From IMG/VR virus record IMGVR_UViG_3300048893_000243, positions 1 to 25,789 of that record: a stretch of DNA of 25,789 nucleotides. One strand, written 5' to 3'. A model generated the notes under the pieces. The model made no database searches. It was not told where the DNA came from and saw only the letters and a list, made by a program, of their open reading frames with translations. Both the position numbers and the translations under genes were made by a program. This document shows positions 18,273 through 25,789 of the stretch, one piece after another (position 1 is the stretch's first letter; each line of letters begins with the position of its first letter). This DNA comes from a virus (taxonomy: Duplodnaviria; Caudoviricetes).

Positions 18273-18572
18273 TTACTTGCCGTGCTCGTCGAGACGAAGA
18301 CCTGCGGCCCTTACAGAGCGCCTGAGCGGTGAGTAGGGCGGGTTCTTGGCGGAGCCGTACTCGTCGAGATGGGCGCCGTGGTCGGTGTTGACCACGCGCA
18401 CCTCGTCGCCGTCGACCTCGACAACGACCGAGCCCGAGCGGCTGCTCGGCATGATCGAGTGCTTCGCCCCTTCGGCTCGCCGGCGAACCCCGTTGGCAGC
18501 TTTGATCAGGGTGCCCTTCATCTGGGCCTGCAGCTGCAACTCGAAGTCCGTGTTGGGCTGAAAGCGAGTCAC
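18273..18572 (-). CDS. HK97 gp10-like neck/tail completion protein (99 aa)
   Basis: GTGA-coupled start at 18572. Contains the motif AHLDEYGSAKNPPYSPLRRS. Confidence 0.75.
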   Translation of the reverse strand: MTRFQPNTDFELQLQAQMKGTLIKAANGVRRRAEGAKHSIMPSSRSGSVVVEVDGDEVRVVNTDHGAHLDEYGSAKNPPYSPLRRSVRAAGLRLDEHGK

Positions 18573-19003
18573 GACCCCTCCTCGACCGCGTGCGCCCAAA
18601 CCGTCGCTGTAAGCGCATAGCGCTCCATGGGAGGGTCGAAGTCGCCGTCGGGGATCCTCGGGCAGCCGTCGATGCGCACCCCGCTCACGACGGCACCGGC
18701 GTGAGCGGCTTCGGGCATCGCCACCATTGCGGCGCGCACCAGGCGCGTGAGAAGCGAGGATTCGCCGCGCCGGCCTTGCGCTGCTTTGCCGGCGAAGCAG
18801 TCGAGCTGCACGTAGAACTCCACCAGGTGGTCAGTGGTCGACCTTCCGCTACTTTGGGCGTCGAGTTGGAAGACGCGGACCCAGGGTCTATCGGTCGAGC
18901 TCGGTGTCCTGCCAACCACGCGATCGCCAACGATGTCCGCGATCTCCGGCTCGTCACGCAGGTGGTCGCCGATGAGCGCCTCGATGTCGGGTATCGGGGT
19001 CAT
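18569..19003 (-). CDS. Tail terminator protein
   Basis: IPDIEALI...VGDRV...RPWVRV...VQLDCFA...RYALTATV pattern. Ends VEEGS. Confidence 0.8.
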   Translation of the reverse strand: MTPIPDIEALIGDHLRDEPEIADIVGDRVVGRTPSSTDRPWVRVFQLDAQSSGRSTTDHLVEFYVQLDCFAGKAAQGRRGESSLLTRLVRAAMVAMPEAAHAGAVVSGVRIDGCPRIPDGDFDPPMERYALTATVWAHAVEEGS

Positions 19004-19362
19004 GAGCCCTCCGGCAAATCTGCCGGTGCGGCGGTCCGGCGCACCACTGCCTCGACGTGTGACTGCTCATGCGTGCGCGGGTTCCGCGCCGGCCAGGGGT
19101 CGCCCTCGACCTCGTAGGCGCAACCATCAACCGTCACCGTGTCCCCCGAGCTAATCTCCGTGCCGGCGGGGAGGAAGAGATTCCAGCGGGTATCGCTCAC
19201 GACGCCCTCGGACTCCTCGCGATAGCCAGACTGGCCTTGGAGCTCGCACACCGTCGCCACCTCGACGTCGTCGGGGATCTCGTCGCCGTAGGCATCGTGA
19301 TCGTCGCCCTCCAGGTGGCGGGTGACGGTGCACGGCCGGTTGATCAGCTCGTCGATGCTCAT
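19000..19362 (-). CDS. Head closure / stopper protein (120 aa)
   Basis: ATG 19362 after AAGGAG. Pattern DAYGD...LFLPAGTEI...DTVTVDG..YEVEGDP...HVEA. Ends LPEGS. Confidence 0.85.
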   Translation of the reverse strand: MSIDELINRPCTVTRHLEGDDHDAYGDEIPDDVEVATVCELQGQSGYREESEGVVSDTRWNLFLPAGTEISSGDTVTVDGCAYEVEGDPWPARNPRTHEQSHVEAVVRRTAAPADLPEGS

Positions 19363-19364
19363 GC

Positions 19365-20345
19365 TCACCACTCCTTGTGGAGGTCGGCCAGGACGGCCGC
19401 GGCGCGTTTGGCCGCCTTGCCATCACAGGCGAGGTAGACGTCGGAGACGATGTCCCGCCGGCGCCGCGCGATCTCGGGCGGGTCGGCGATCGCTTCGTCA
19501 ATTGCCGCCGGCAGTCCCCCGGGCGACCAGGCCTGCGGGCCGACGTCGGCGTGTGACCAGAAACGAAGCCCGTGCTCGACGTCGCGGCGATACCAAGGGG
19601 CATTGAGCACCACCACGGGCCGGTCGAGCGAAGCCCACTCGTACATCGTCGAGCTGTTGTCGATGCAGTAGACGTCGGCGCGCGCGATGACCTCGGCGAA
19701 GTCCTCGACCACCTCGATCCCGGCACGCTTGTAGTGGCGGCTGATTTGGCGAAGCAACCGGGGATGGCCGTGGCCGATCATCTCGTAGCGCTCGGCGAGG
19801 GCGGGCAGCGCCGAGCGGTAGTGACTGTGGGCACCGCGCGTCTCCTTGCATACCCGGCACTGCCAGTGGAAGCTGATCGCGACCACGGGACGATCGCCGC
19901 GACGGCGGAAGGGCGCCCGATGATGCACGTCGAGCTTCGGGCAGCCGACCGGATAGGCGGGGATCGTTGGGTGCGCCCGGCGGTGACAGTCGGCCGCCAT
20001 CTGCCCGGGCACCAGTGTCGCCACGACGCCGGCGCGATCACAAGCCCCGATGTAGGAGCCGGAGTTCACGCCGACGTAAGACTGGCCCGCACCGTGCTCG
20101 GAGTAGACGACCAGGCGCGAGAGGCCGCGGGCGAGCTTCAGGTCGCGATAGCTGGCCACAAGGGTGAGTGGGCCCGACTCCGGCGCCTCCTCGACGGCGA
20201 CGGCCTCGATTGAGGCCGCGGACAGCTGCTCGAGCATCTCGGGGTGGACGTAGAAGGTGCCGCGCAGTCGCCTCGGCAGCTCGTGCCAGGTTGGGATCAG
20301 GTGGTCGGCGAAGTGGCTCTCGCGAGCCAGGAAGTCAATAGCCAC
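19365..20345 (-). CDS. GT-B transferase, TagF/TagB (CDP-glycerol glycerophosphotransferase)-like
   Basis: EHG, VGCPKLD, HPR and ADVYCIDNSSTMYE...LDRPVV parallel the TagF motifs WHG, GYPRND, HP and DYSS in order. Confidence 0.72.
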   Translation of the reverse strand: MAIDFLARESHFADHLIPTWHELPRRLRGTFYVHPEMLEQLSAASIEAVAVEEAPESGPLTLVASYRDLKLARGLSRLVVYSEHGAGQSYVGVNSGSYIGACDRAGVVATLVPGQMAADCHRRAHPTIPAYPVGCPKLDVHHRAPFRRRGDRPVVAISFHWQCRVCKETRGAHSHYRSALPALAERYEMIGHGHPRLLRQISRHYKRAGIEVVEDFAEVIARADVYCIDNSSTMYEWASLDRPVVVLNAPWYRRDVEHGLRFWSHADVGPQAWSPGGLPAAIDEAIADPPEIARRRRDIVSDVYLACDGKAAKRAAAVLADLHKEW

Positions 20346-21006
20346 GACCCATGCGCTTCTCGCCGATGTGCGTTACCCAGGGCGTGCCGTCGCCCCAGAG
20401 GCCGAAGCGCACATCGGGGTCCTCGCAGAGCCGCCGACTGAAGTGCCACTCGTGGCTGTGGCCGATCGGGCGCTCGAGCTCGCAGAGCTCCCGTCGGTAG
20501 AGGCAGGGGTTGAGCGTGAACCACATGCGGTGCTCGAGCCACTTGAGCTCGCCCTCGCTGACCTGCGTGTACTCGTCGGGATCCCGCTCGATAATCCCAC
20601 CGGCGCGGACCTCGCCGGGAAACCAGGGCTGGCGAAGCAGCGCCATCTGGGCGAGGTGGGGATGCTCTTCGAGCACCTCGCGCAGCTGCTCGAGGTCGAC
20701 CGGCCGGTTGAAGAGGAAGTCGTCCTCGAGGTGGAAGACCCAGGGGTGATTTCGGTACTCGCTGCCGGCGAGGTGTTTCCACATGCGCGCGAGCGCCTCG
20801 CCCTGGCCAACGCGCTCGCGACCGTAGGCGACGGTGAAGCCCTGCCGCTGGTAGGTCTCACGCAGCCAGCGCTGGTAGTCGCGGTCTCCTGAGTCATCGA
20901 AGATCAGGTGCGGCCCATCGAGACCGTGCAGCTGCTCGCGCGCTGAGGCGATCGTCCGCTCGAGGCACTCGCGGCGCCCATCCGTCGTGACCGCGAGGAG
21001 GATCAA
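20335..21006 (-). CDS. GT-A fold glycosyltransferase (223 aa)
   Basis: TTGA-coupled start at 21006 (MILLAVTTDGR...). Motifs IFDD, FHLEDDF, TLNPCLYR, HIG. Confidence 0.8.
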   Translation of the reverse strand: MILLAVTTDGRRECLERTIASAREQLHGLDGPHLIFDDSGDRDYQRWLRETYQRQGFTVAYGRERVGQGEALARMWKHLAGSEYRNHPWVFHLEDDFLFNRPVDLEQLREVLEEHPHLAQMALLRQPWFPGEVRAGGIIERDPDEYTQVSEGELKWLEHRMWFTLNPCLYRRELCELERPIGHSHEWHFSRRLCEDPDVRFGLWGDGTPWVTHIGEKRMGRGY

Positions 21007-21668
21007 CGCAGGGCCTCGAGCAGTTCGCGCATCTCCTCCGCGCCCCGCGCCTCCTTGTAGCGACCGGCGCGCTCGCAGTTGGCGATGTACTGAGGGCTCT
21101 GCGTGTCCTTCTCCGCCGAGCGCGGATGCCAAAGGTGGTGAACCGGCCCGGGGATCCGCGCGACGCCGCTCAGCGCGCGGCAGGCCGCGAAGAAGGCAGC
21201 GTCCTCATAGCCCCAGCCGACAAAGTCCTCGTCGAACCCGCCGACCTCCTCCCAGAGGACGCGGCCGACACAAAGGCAGGATGACTTGGTCTCGTTCTTG
21301 ACCCAGCGCACCGGCGCCTCCGCTGGATCGAGGTCGCCGGCGAGGACCTCGCGGGTTGCGTTTTTGCTGAGCGAGCGGAAGTGGTCGTGTGGCAGCACCA
21401 GCTCGCCGCCTCGCGCAAACTCGATCCCCTGCTGCAGCTGGCTGGCCGGGATCAGCGTGTCGGCATCGAGCACCACGGCGAGCTTCCAATCGCCGGCGTC
21501 GGCCGCAGCCCGGTTGATCGCGGCCGAGCGGTTCATCGGCGCCGGGCCCTCGTCGAGACCTTCGAAGATCGGCAGATCTGCCGATGCCTCGAGCTGGGCC
21601 CGGGTGAAGTCCCAGAGACGATCGCGCCAGCGCTCCGGCCGACGAGGCACCAGGACTACAACGTCCAC
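21003..21668 (-). CDS. GT2 / GT7-C-like glycosyltransferase
   Basis: VLVP, NRSAAINRA, LDADT (DxD), VGGFDEDFVGWGYED, HLWHP. Confidence 0.9.
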   Translation of the reverse strand: MDVVVLVPRRPERWRDRLWDFTRAQLEASADLPIFEGLDEGPAPMNRSAAINRAAADAGDWKLAVVLDADTLIPASQLQQGIEFARGGELVLPHDHFRSLSKNATREVLAGDLDPAEAPVRWVKNETKSSCLCVGRVLWEEVGGFDEDFVGWGYEDAAFFAACRALSGVARIPGPVHHLWHPRSAEKDTQSPQYIANCERAGRYKEARGAEEMRELLEALR

Positions 21669-22324
21669 TGCGCCCTCCGCCGCTCGAAGAGCGCCTTATC
21701 GCGATCCCACCCCTGGCCGTGTCCCTGCCGATCCGTCTCGTCGGCCTCTCGGGATCCCCAGTCGGGGTGAAGGTGCTCGATCACCGAGCCGCGCTCGAAG
21801 ACCGCGACGCCGCGGTGGAGAGCGAGCTGCCAAAGCTCCGTCTCCACAAAGTTGTGGTGGTAGCCCTCATGGAAGCAGACACCCGGCTCGCCGTATGCGG
21901 CGCCCGGATCCTCGATGTAGGAGCGCTGAACGATCGGCATCGTCGCGTGCTGCCCCCTGGCCGTCGCCGGCGTCAGATCGAGCGTGCCGACGACGTCGAC
22001 ACCTTCCGCGAAGTGCGGCAGCGCCGCCTCGAGCCAGCCGCTGTGAAAGACCACGTCGTCGGCGGTCGGCAGGACCAGGTCCTCGTCGGTGGCCCTGACC
22101 CCGGCGTTGGTCTTCTCCGGGTAGGTGCCGTTGCTGACGATCGAGAAGAAGTCGCCGGCGGGAGGCATCGCGGCGATCGCCTCCTGGGTGGCGGCGTCGC
22201 CGGCGTCGATGACGAAGCACACCCGGTAGCGCGGCCGGGTGGTCTGGCGGAGATTCGCCATCAGGCCCGCGAGGACCTGCGGCCGTCCCAGCGTGGGGAT
22301 GAGGATCGCGATGTCGGCGCTCAT
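21656..22324 (-). CDS. GT2 family glycosyltransferase
   Basis: ILIPTLGR, FVID, NAG, ADDVVFHSGW, YHHNFVETE, IEHLHP. Confidence 0.85.
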   Translation of the reverse strand: MSADIAILIPTLGRPQVLAGLMANLRQTTRPRYRVCFVIDAGDAATQEAIAAMPPAGDFFSIVSNGTYPEKTNAGVRATDEDLVLPTADDVVFHSGWLEAALPHFAEGVDVVGTLDLTPATARGQHATMPIVQRSYIEDPGAAYGEPGVCFHEGYHHNFVETELWQLALHRGVAVFERGSVIEHLHPDWGSREADETDRQGHGQGWDRDKALFERRRAQWTL

Positions 22325-22491
22325 TTGCCTGCCTGCGAAGTGGTTGTGATCCGGCCGGGATCGGTGGTGATCACGTCTGGTTCCTGGTCGCCTTCCGGCT
22401 CAGGACGCGACTGCTGCAGGTGGTTGAAGGTGACCTTGCCGTCGTCGCTCTCGACGTCTTGGCGGATCCCCTCTGGCTTCGGGTCGCCCAT
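22321..22491 (-). CDS. Small acidic, probably disordered protein (56 aa)
   Basis: MGDPKPEGIRQDVESDDGKVTFNHLQQSRPEPEGDQEPDVITTDPGRITTTSQAGK. TGATG overlap upstream and ATGA overlap downstream. Not in the ORF track. Confidence 0.7.
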   Translation of the reverse strand: MGDPKPEGIRQDVESDDGKVTFNHLQQSRPEPEGDQEPDVITTDPGRITTTSQAGK

Positions 22492-22901
22492 CAGGAACCG
22501 ACCACCGGATCGAGATCGCTAGCGAGTGAGTCAACGCGGGGAGATGCGCTGTTGCTGCCGCGCACCACGCGGCGCACCATCAGCCGCTCCTGCTTGGTGA
22601 GCATCAAGCCTGCGCCTTCGGCCTGGGCCCGGAAGGACTTGCTGTAGCTGTGGGCGCCCAGGCGCTCTTCGAAGCTCGACAGACCCTCCGGGTTCGCCAT
22701 CGCCCTGGCGGTCGCCTCAAGCGTCACTAGGCGGAGGACCTTGGGGACCGGGTCCAACTGCTCTGCCCAAGCGTCGTCCTTGCCAACGGCCTCGGCGACC
22801 ATCGAGGTGGCCAGCTCGAGCAGAAGCTCAGCGGCCTCTTCTTCGGCTGCGGAGAGGCTGCGCGCCAGGCGTTTGGCGACTTCCTCTTTGCTCGCGAACA
22901 C
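22491..22901 (-). CDS. Head-tail adaptor protein
   Basis: FAS.EEV..RL.R...ARAMANPEG...E.LG.HSYS...GLMLTKQE as in actinophage adaptors. Ends VVGS. Confidence 0.85.
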   Translation of the reverse strand: MFASKEEVAKRLARSLSAAEEEAAELLLELATSMVAEAVGKDDAWAEQLDPVPKVLRLVTLEATARAMANPEGLSSFEERLGAHSYSKSFRAQAEGAGLMLTKQERLMVRRVVRGSNSASPRVDSLASDLDPVVGS

Positions 22902-22917
22902 GGCTCACCCCCTTTGC

Positions 22918-22960
22918 AAAAAAGGACAGCCGAGCCGGCCATGCGGCCAGCCCGGCTGTC
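22918..22960 (-). terminator. Intrinsic terminator after the major capsid gene
   Basis: GACAGCCGGGCTGGCC-GCAT-GGCCGGCTCGGCTGTC (16 bp, two G-U) followed by CTTTTTT. Confidence 0.9.
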
Positions 22961-22966
22961 GGTGGA

Positions 22967-23917
22967 TCAGGAGCCCTCGGACTCCAGGACGGCGAAGGGG
23001 TAGCGATCCGCCTCCACCTGGTTCTTGCGGTTGATCGGGTTCGCCACCGCGAAGCCGTAGCGAGCGACCACGCGCATCGCCACCGCGTCCTGCTGCATGA
23101 GGTTCAGGATGACTTTCCCGTCGTCGTCGGAGATGACGCCCTGCTCGAAGATCTTGAACGTCATGTCCTTGCGGACACCGACGATCGACTTCGACCAGTC
23201 ACCCGCGACCAGGTCGACGCCCTGGTCGAGGAACGAGCCGTTGGCGTCGGGGTAGTAGATCGGCTCGCCGTAGAGGGTCGACGGTGTGTCGGCCTGCAGC
23301 GAGGGGTTGAAGAGCAGCCCCCCGTTTTTGTCCCGCAGGCCACGCAGCGACGACTTCAGCCGGGTCCGGCCGGCGAAGCCGTTGACGGCGAAGCCGTCCT
23401 CCTCGACCATCCCCATCACGCCGTCCTCGCCGCCGATGTCGTCCGCGAGGTCGCCGTTGTCGCCCCGAGCCAACGCATTGTCGGCTTTGAGCGCGTCCGG
23501 CACGATCGCGTCGTTGAACGAGTCCGGCGCGTCGGCCCCGAAGAGACACGCTTCGTCGAGCTTGACGCCGATCGCCTCGGTGATCAGGGGCCGGACCTCG
23601 CCCCAGATGTCGAAGTCCGAATCTTCGATCAGGACTTCCGGCACCGGCACGATCACCGCGAGCTCCTCGGCGACCAGCTCCTTGTTTTTCCATTCGGCCT
23701 TGGTGGTCTGCTTGAGCCCCGTGGCCCCGTTGACCCAGTAGGCCACCGGCAGAGCGGACAGGACCGGCTGGCGCTCTTTCTTGGTGCTCATGTTGGCCCG
23801 GCGGCACAGGCTGAACGCCGCCGACTGCGCGGGCAGACCCTTGATGATCTCCCGCACCTCTTTGACCGGGATCAGATCTCCGGCCTCGTTGTCGCTGATG
23901 ATGTCTTTGACACCCAC
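22967..23917 (-). CDS. Major capsid protein (HK97 fold)
   Basis: AYWVNG...AEELAVIVPV...LYGEP...GDWS...NLMQQDAVAMRVVARYGF. Strong RBS. Ends ESEGS. Confidence 0.95.
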   Translation of the reverse strand: MGVKDIISDNEAGDLIPVKEVREIIKGLPAQSAAFSLCRRANMSTKKERQPVLSALPVAYWVNGATGLKQTTKAEWKNKELVAEELAVIVPVPEVLIEDSDFDIWGEVRPLITEAIGVKLDEACLFGADAPDSFNDAIVPDALKADNALARGDNGDLADDIGGEDGVMGMVEEDGFAVNGFAGRTRLKSSLRGLRDKNGGLLFNPSLQADTPSTLYGEPIYYPDANGSFLDQGVDLVAGDWSKSIVGVRKDMTFKIFEQGVISDDDGKVILNLMQQDAVAMRVVARYGFAVANPINRKNQVEADRYPFAVLESEGS

Positions 23918-23990
23918 TTTGGGGCCTCCTCCTTGGTTTCGATTGATCGGTTCGGTGCAGGCCCCAGACTGCTCCGGTCCCTGCTGGGTG

Positions 23991-24743
23991 CTAGCTGCGT
24001 CCCGCCTTGCGGCGGATCAGGTCGTTCATGTCGCCGTCGTCGTCGCCGCCCGAGCCCTCGCCGCCGTTGGCGCGGCCTGAAGGACGACGGGAACCGCCGG
24101 CCTTCAGGTGTGGCTTGCGGTCGAGGAGATCGTCGATCTCCGTGTTGAGGGCCTTGGTCTGCACCTTGCCCTTGTCGTCGAAGATCTCGTCCTCGTCGAT
24201 CTCGCCGGCGTCGATCGCGCGCTGGATGTTGAGGAGGACGTCGTCGACGTCGGCGACGTCTTTGGCGCGCTTGGCGACGGCGACTTCCAAGCGATCGTTG
24301 CGACGCTCCTCCTGCACCTTGGACTCGGCCTCGGCCTTGCCCTCCTTGCGCGCTTTTTCGAGCTCTTTCTCCTGGTCGGTCTGGTTCTTTTCCCGCTCCG
24401 CCTGGAGTTCTTTCTCGAGCTTCTCGCTCTTGGAGCGTTCCGACTTGGCCCGCTTCTCATGCTTGCGCGACTCGGCCTTCCAGTCGGTTTTGTCCTCTTC
24501 TTTTTTCGGCTCTTCCTCGGGCTCTTCTTCTTTGTCACCTTCGCCCTCGCCGCCTTTGTCTCCCTCACCTTCACCCTCGCCTTCACCATCAAGGCGAAGA
24601 TCGGCTAGCTGGGCCACCTGCAGCAGCTCAGGCGAAGCCGAGCGAGGAACGCCTGCGCGTTCGAGCAGTTCATGCAGGCCCGGCATCGGGCGTCGATGAG
24701 ACGAGAGAATCGCGCGCAGGCGCGCGAGGAACTTCCTGGCCAT
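23991..24743 (-). CDS. Capsid scaffolding protein (250 aa)
   Basis: ATG 24743 after GAAGGAGG. Acidic linker, WKAESRKHEKRAK, coiled coil, KPHL and C-terminal MNDLIR. Confidence 0.85.
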   Translation of the reverse strand: MARKFLARLRAILSSHRRPMPGLHELLERAGVPRSASPELLQVAQLADLRLDGEGEGEGEGDKGGEGEGDKEEEPEEEPKKEEDKTDWKAESRKHEKRAKSERSKSEKLEKELQAEREKNQTDQEKELEKARKEGKAEAESKVQEERRNDRLEVAVAKRAKDVADVDDVLLNIQRAIDAGEIDEDEIFDDKGKVQTKALNTEIDDLLDRKPHLKAGGSRRPSGRANGGEGSGGDDDGDMNDLIRRKAGRS

Positions 24744-24789
24744 GCGGCCTCCTTCGGTTGGGCGCCCTGCGGCGCCGGATTGTGGGGAC

Positions 24790-25521
24790 TTACAGGTCCG
24801 ACTCAGAGGTGAAGTGGTGAGCCGGATCTGCCAACACCGGCCCCATCTCTCCGTGCGTGTGAACTGCCACGCCTTCGGGGACGGGGGTTGGCGAAGCATT
24901 GAAAGCACTGAGGGCGTTGCGGTTGTCGACGCCGCGCGTGTAGACGACGGGCTCTACTCCGCAGCCGCAAAAGTTGTGTAGCGGCATCGGATCCGCGGTG
25001 CGAAATTGTGCGCCGTTCACCTTCAGACAGAAGCTGCAGGCACCCGGGTCGGCGACGCGCTGGTAGCCCCAGATCGAGTCGTCCTCCCGCCCGACCAGCT
25101 GCAGCGTGTCGCGCATCGAGGCCTGCACGTCAAAAGCCGCCATCCCGCCGGCGCGAGCGCGCGCCGCGGTGCTCGCGGCCGCGAACTCCTCACCCTTCCC
25201 CAGCTTCGACCAGAGCGTGACGAAGGGGCGCTCGTACACCTGCGCCGGCGATGTGCCGGCACGCACGCCCGCGATGAGAGCCTGGTCGGCGCCGGCGCCG
25301 ACTGGACGGCGATCGAGGGCGCGCGCCAGGTAGGCGTCGGTCAGGTTGACGGACTGCCGCTGCGCCGCGGCGACTACGGGCAACACCTTGGAGAGCCACT
25401 CGTCGACGTTCTCCCGGTCGTAGCCCGGTAGGCCGCTCCAGATCGTCTCGACCGCGGCGACGGTGACCTCGCGCAGGCGCCGCTCAGCCTCGATGTGGGC
25501 CTGCGCCAGTGGCGAGCTCAT
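24790..25521 (-). CDS. MuF-like minor head / head morphogenesis protein
   Basis: GYQRV...ACSFC...HNFCGC motif, located between portal and scaffold. Confidence 0.8.
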   Translation of the reverse strand: MSSPLAQAHIEAERRLREVTVAAVETIWSGLPGYDRENVDEWLSKVLPVVAAAQRQSVNLTDAYLARALDRRPVGAGADQALIAGVRAGTSPAQVYERPFVTLWSKLGKGEEFAAASTAARARAGGMAAFDVQASMRDTLQLVGREDDSIWGYQRVADPGACSFCLKVNGAQFRTADPMPLHNFCGCGVEPVVYTRGVDNRNALSAFNASPTPVPEGVAVHTHGEMGPVLADPAHHFTSESDL

Positions 25522-25789
25522 GCGCTGGCGCCCTCACCGCCCTCGCTCGGTTTTTTGATCAGGCTCTCCAGCATCAGGGCGGACTGCTGGGATTCGGCGC
25601 GCGCGATCTCCTGCGGCGACATGCCCAGCACCTTCGAGGCGATCACCGACCATGGCATCCCGATCGAGGCGAGCTTGGTGGCGGCGTCGGCGCGCTCGGC
25701 CAGGGAGCGAGACTCGGGATCGCGCCAGATGATCTCGGCACTGGTGTCCTGACCGCGGGGATCGTCCGGGTTCTTGACCCGCAGGGCCA
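25518..25789 (-). CDS. Portal protein, C-terminal part (5' truncated)
   Basis: IIWRDPESRSLAERADAATKLASIGMPW...LGMSPQEI matches the SPP1-like actinophage portal end. ATGA overlap with the next gene. Confidence 0.85.
   Translation of the reverse strand, partial: ALRVKNPDDPRGQDTSAEIIWRDPESRSLAERADAATKLASIGMPWSVIASKVLGMSPQEIARAESQQSALMLESLIKKPSEGGEGASA

Larger units (their letters stand above)
624..25789 (-). mobile_element. Siphovirus-like phage or prophage late (morphogenesis and lysis) region
   Basis: Canonical portal-capsid-neck-tail-tape measure-tip-lysis order with coupled stop/start overlaps. No sheath, integrase or att site is visible in the window. Confidence 0.95.

Noticed and set aside
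21007-21132. Upstream extended starts in the ORF track (21132, also 24908, 19371, 18599, 4761, 4453)
   Set aside because: Downstream starts have better RBS or stop/start coupling and avoid long overlaps.
19365-22324. Glycosyltransferases as DNA-modification or serotype-conversion genes
   Set aside because: No base-modifying enzymes, flippase or polytopic membrane transferase are nearby, and the genes are coupled to late structural genes. Disfavoured but not excluded.

Overview
A high-GC siphovirus-type (pro)phage late operon, almost all on the minus strand and read right to left. The order is portal (3' end), MuF-like head protein, scaffold, major capsid, head-tail adaptor, an inserted cassette (one small ORF and four glycosyltransferases), head closure, tail terminator, HK97-gp10-like protein, tail tube, frameshifted tail chaperones, 1843-aa tape measure, tail tip and fibre genes, membrane proteins, collagen-like fibre, signal-peptide endolysin, holin and three small ORFs. 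A truncated plus-strand gene converges on these at the left edge. The host is probably actinobacterial, possibly Solirubrobacterales (inferred from a motif). The main observation is a candidate virion glycosylation system: three GT-A enzymes and a TagF-like GT-B enzyme sit among the head/neck genes, and five shell-forming virion proteins all end in Gly-Ser. Also notable are two wall-lytic domains in the tape measure, a leaderless counter-oriented acidic micro-ORF and a repeated start-associated motif. All family calls come from motifs read by eye; no searches were run.
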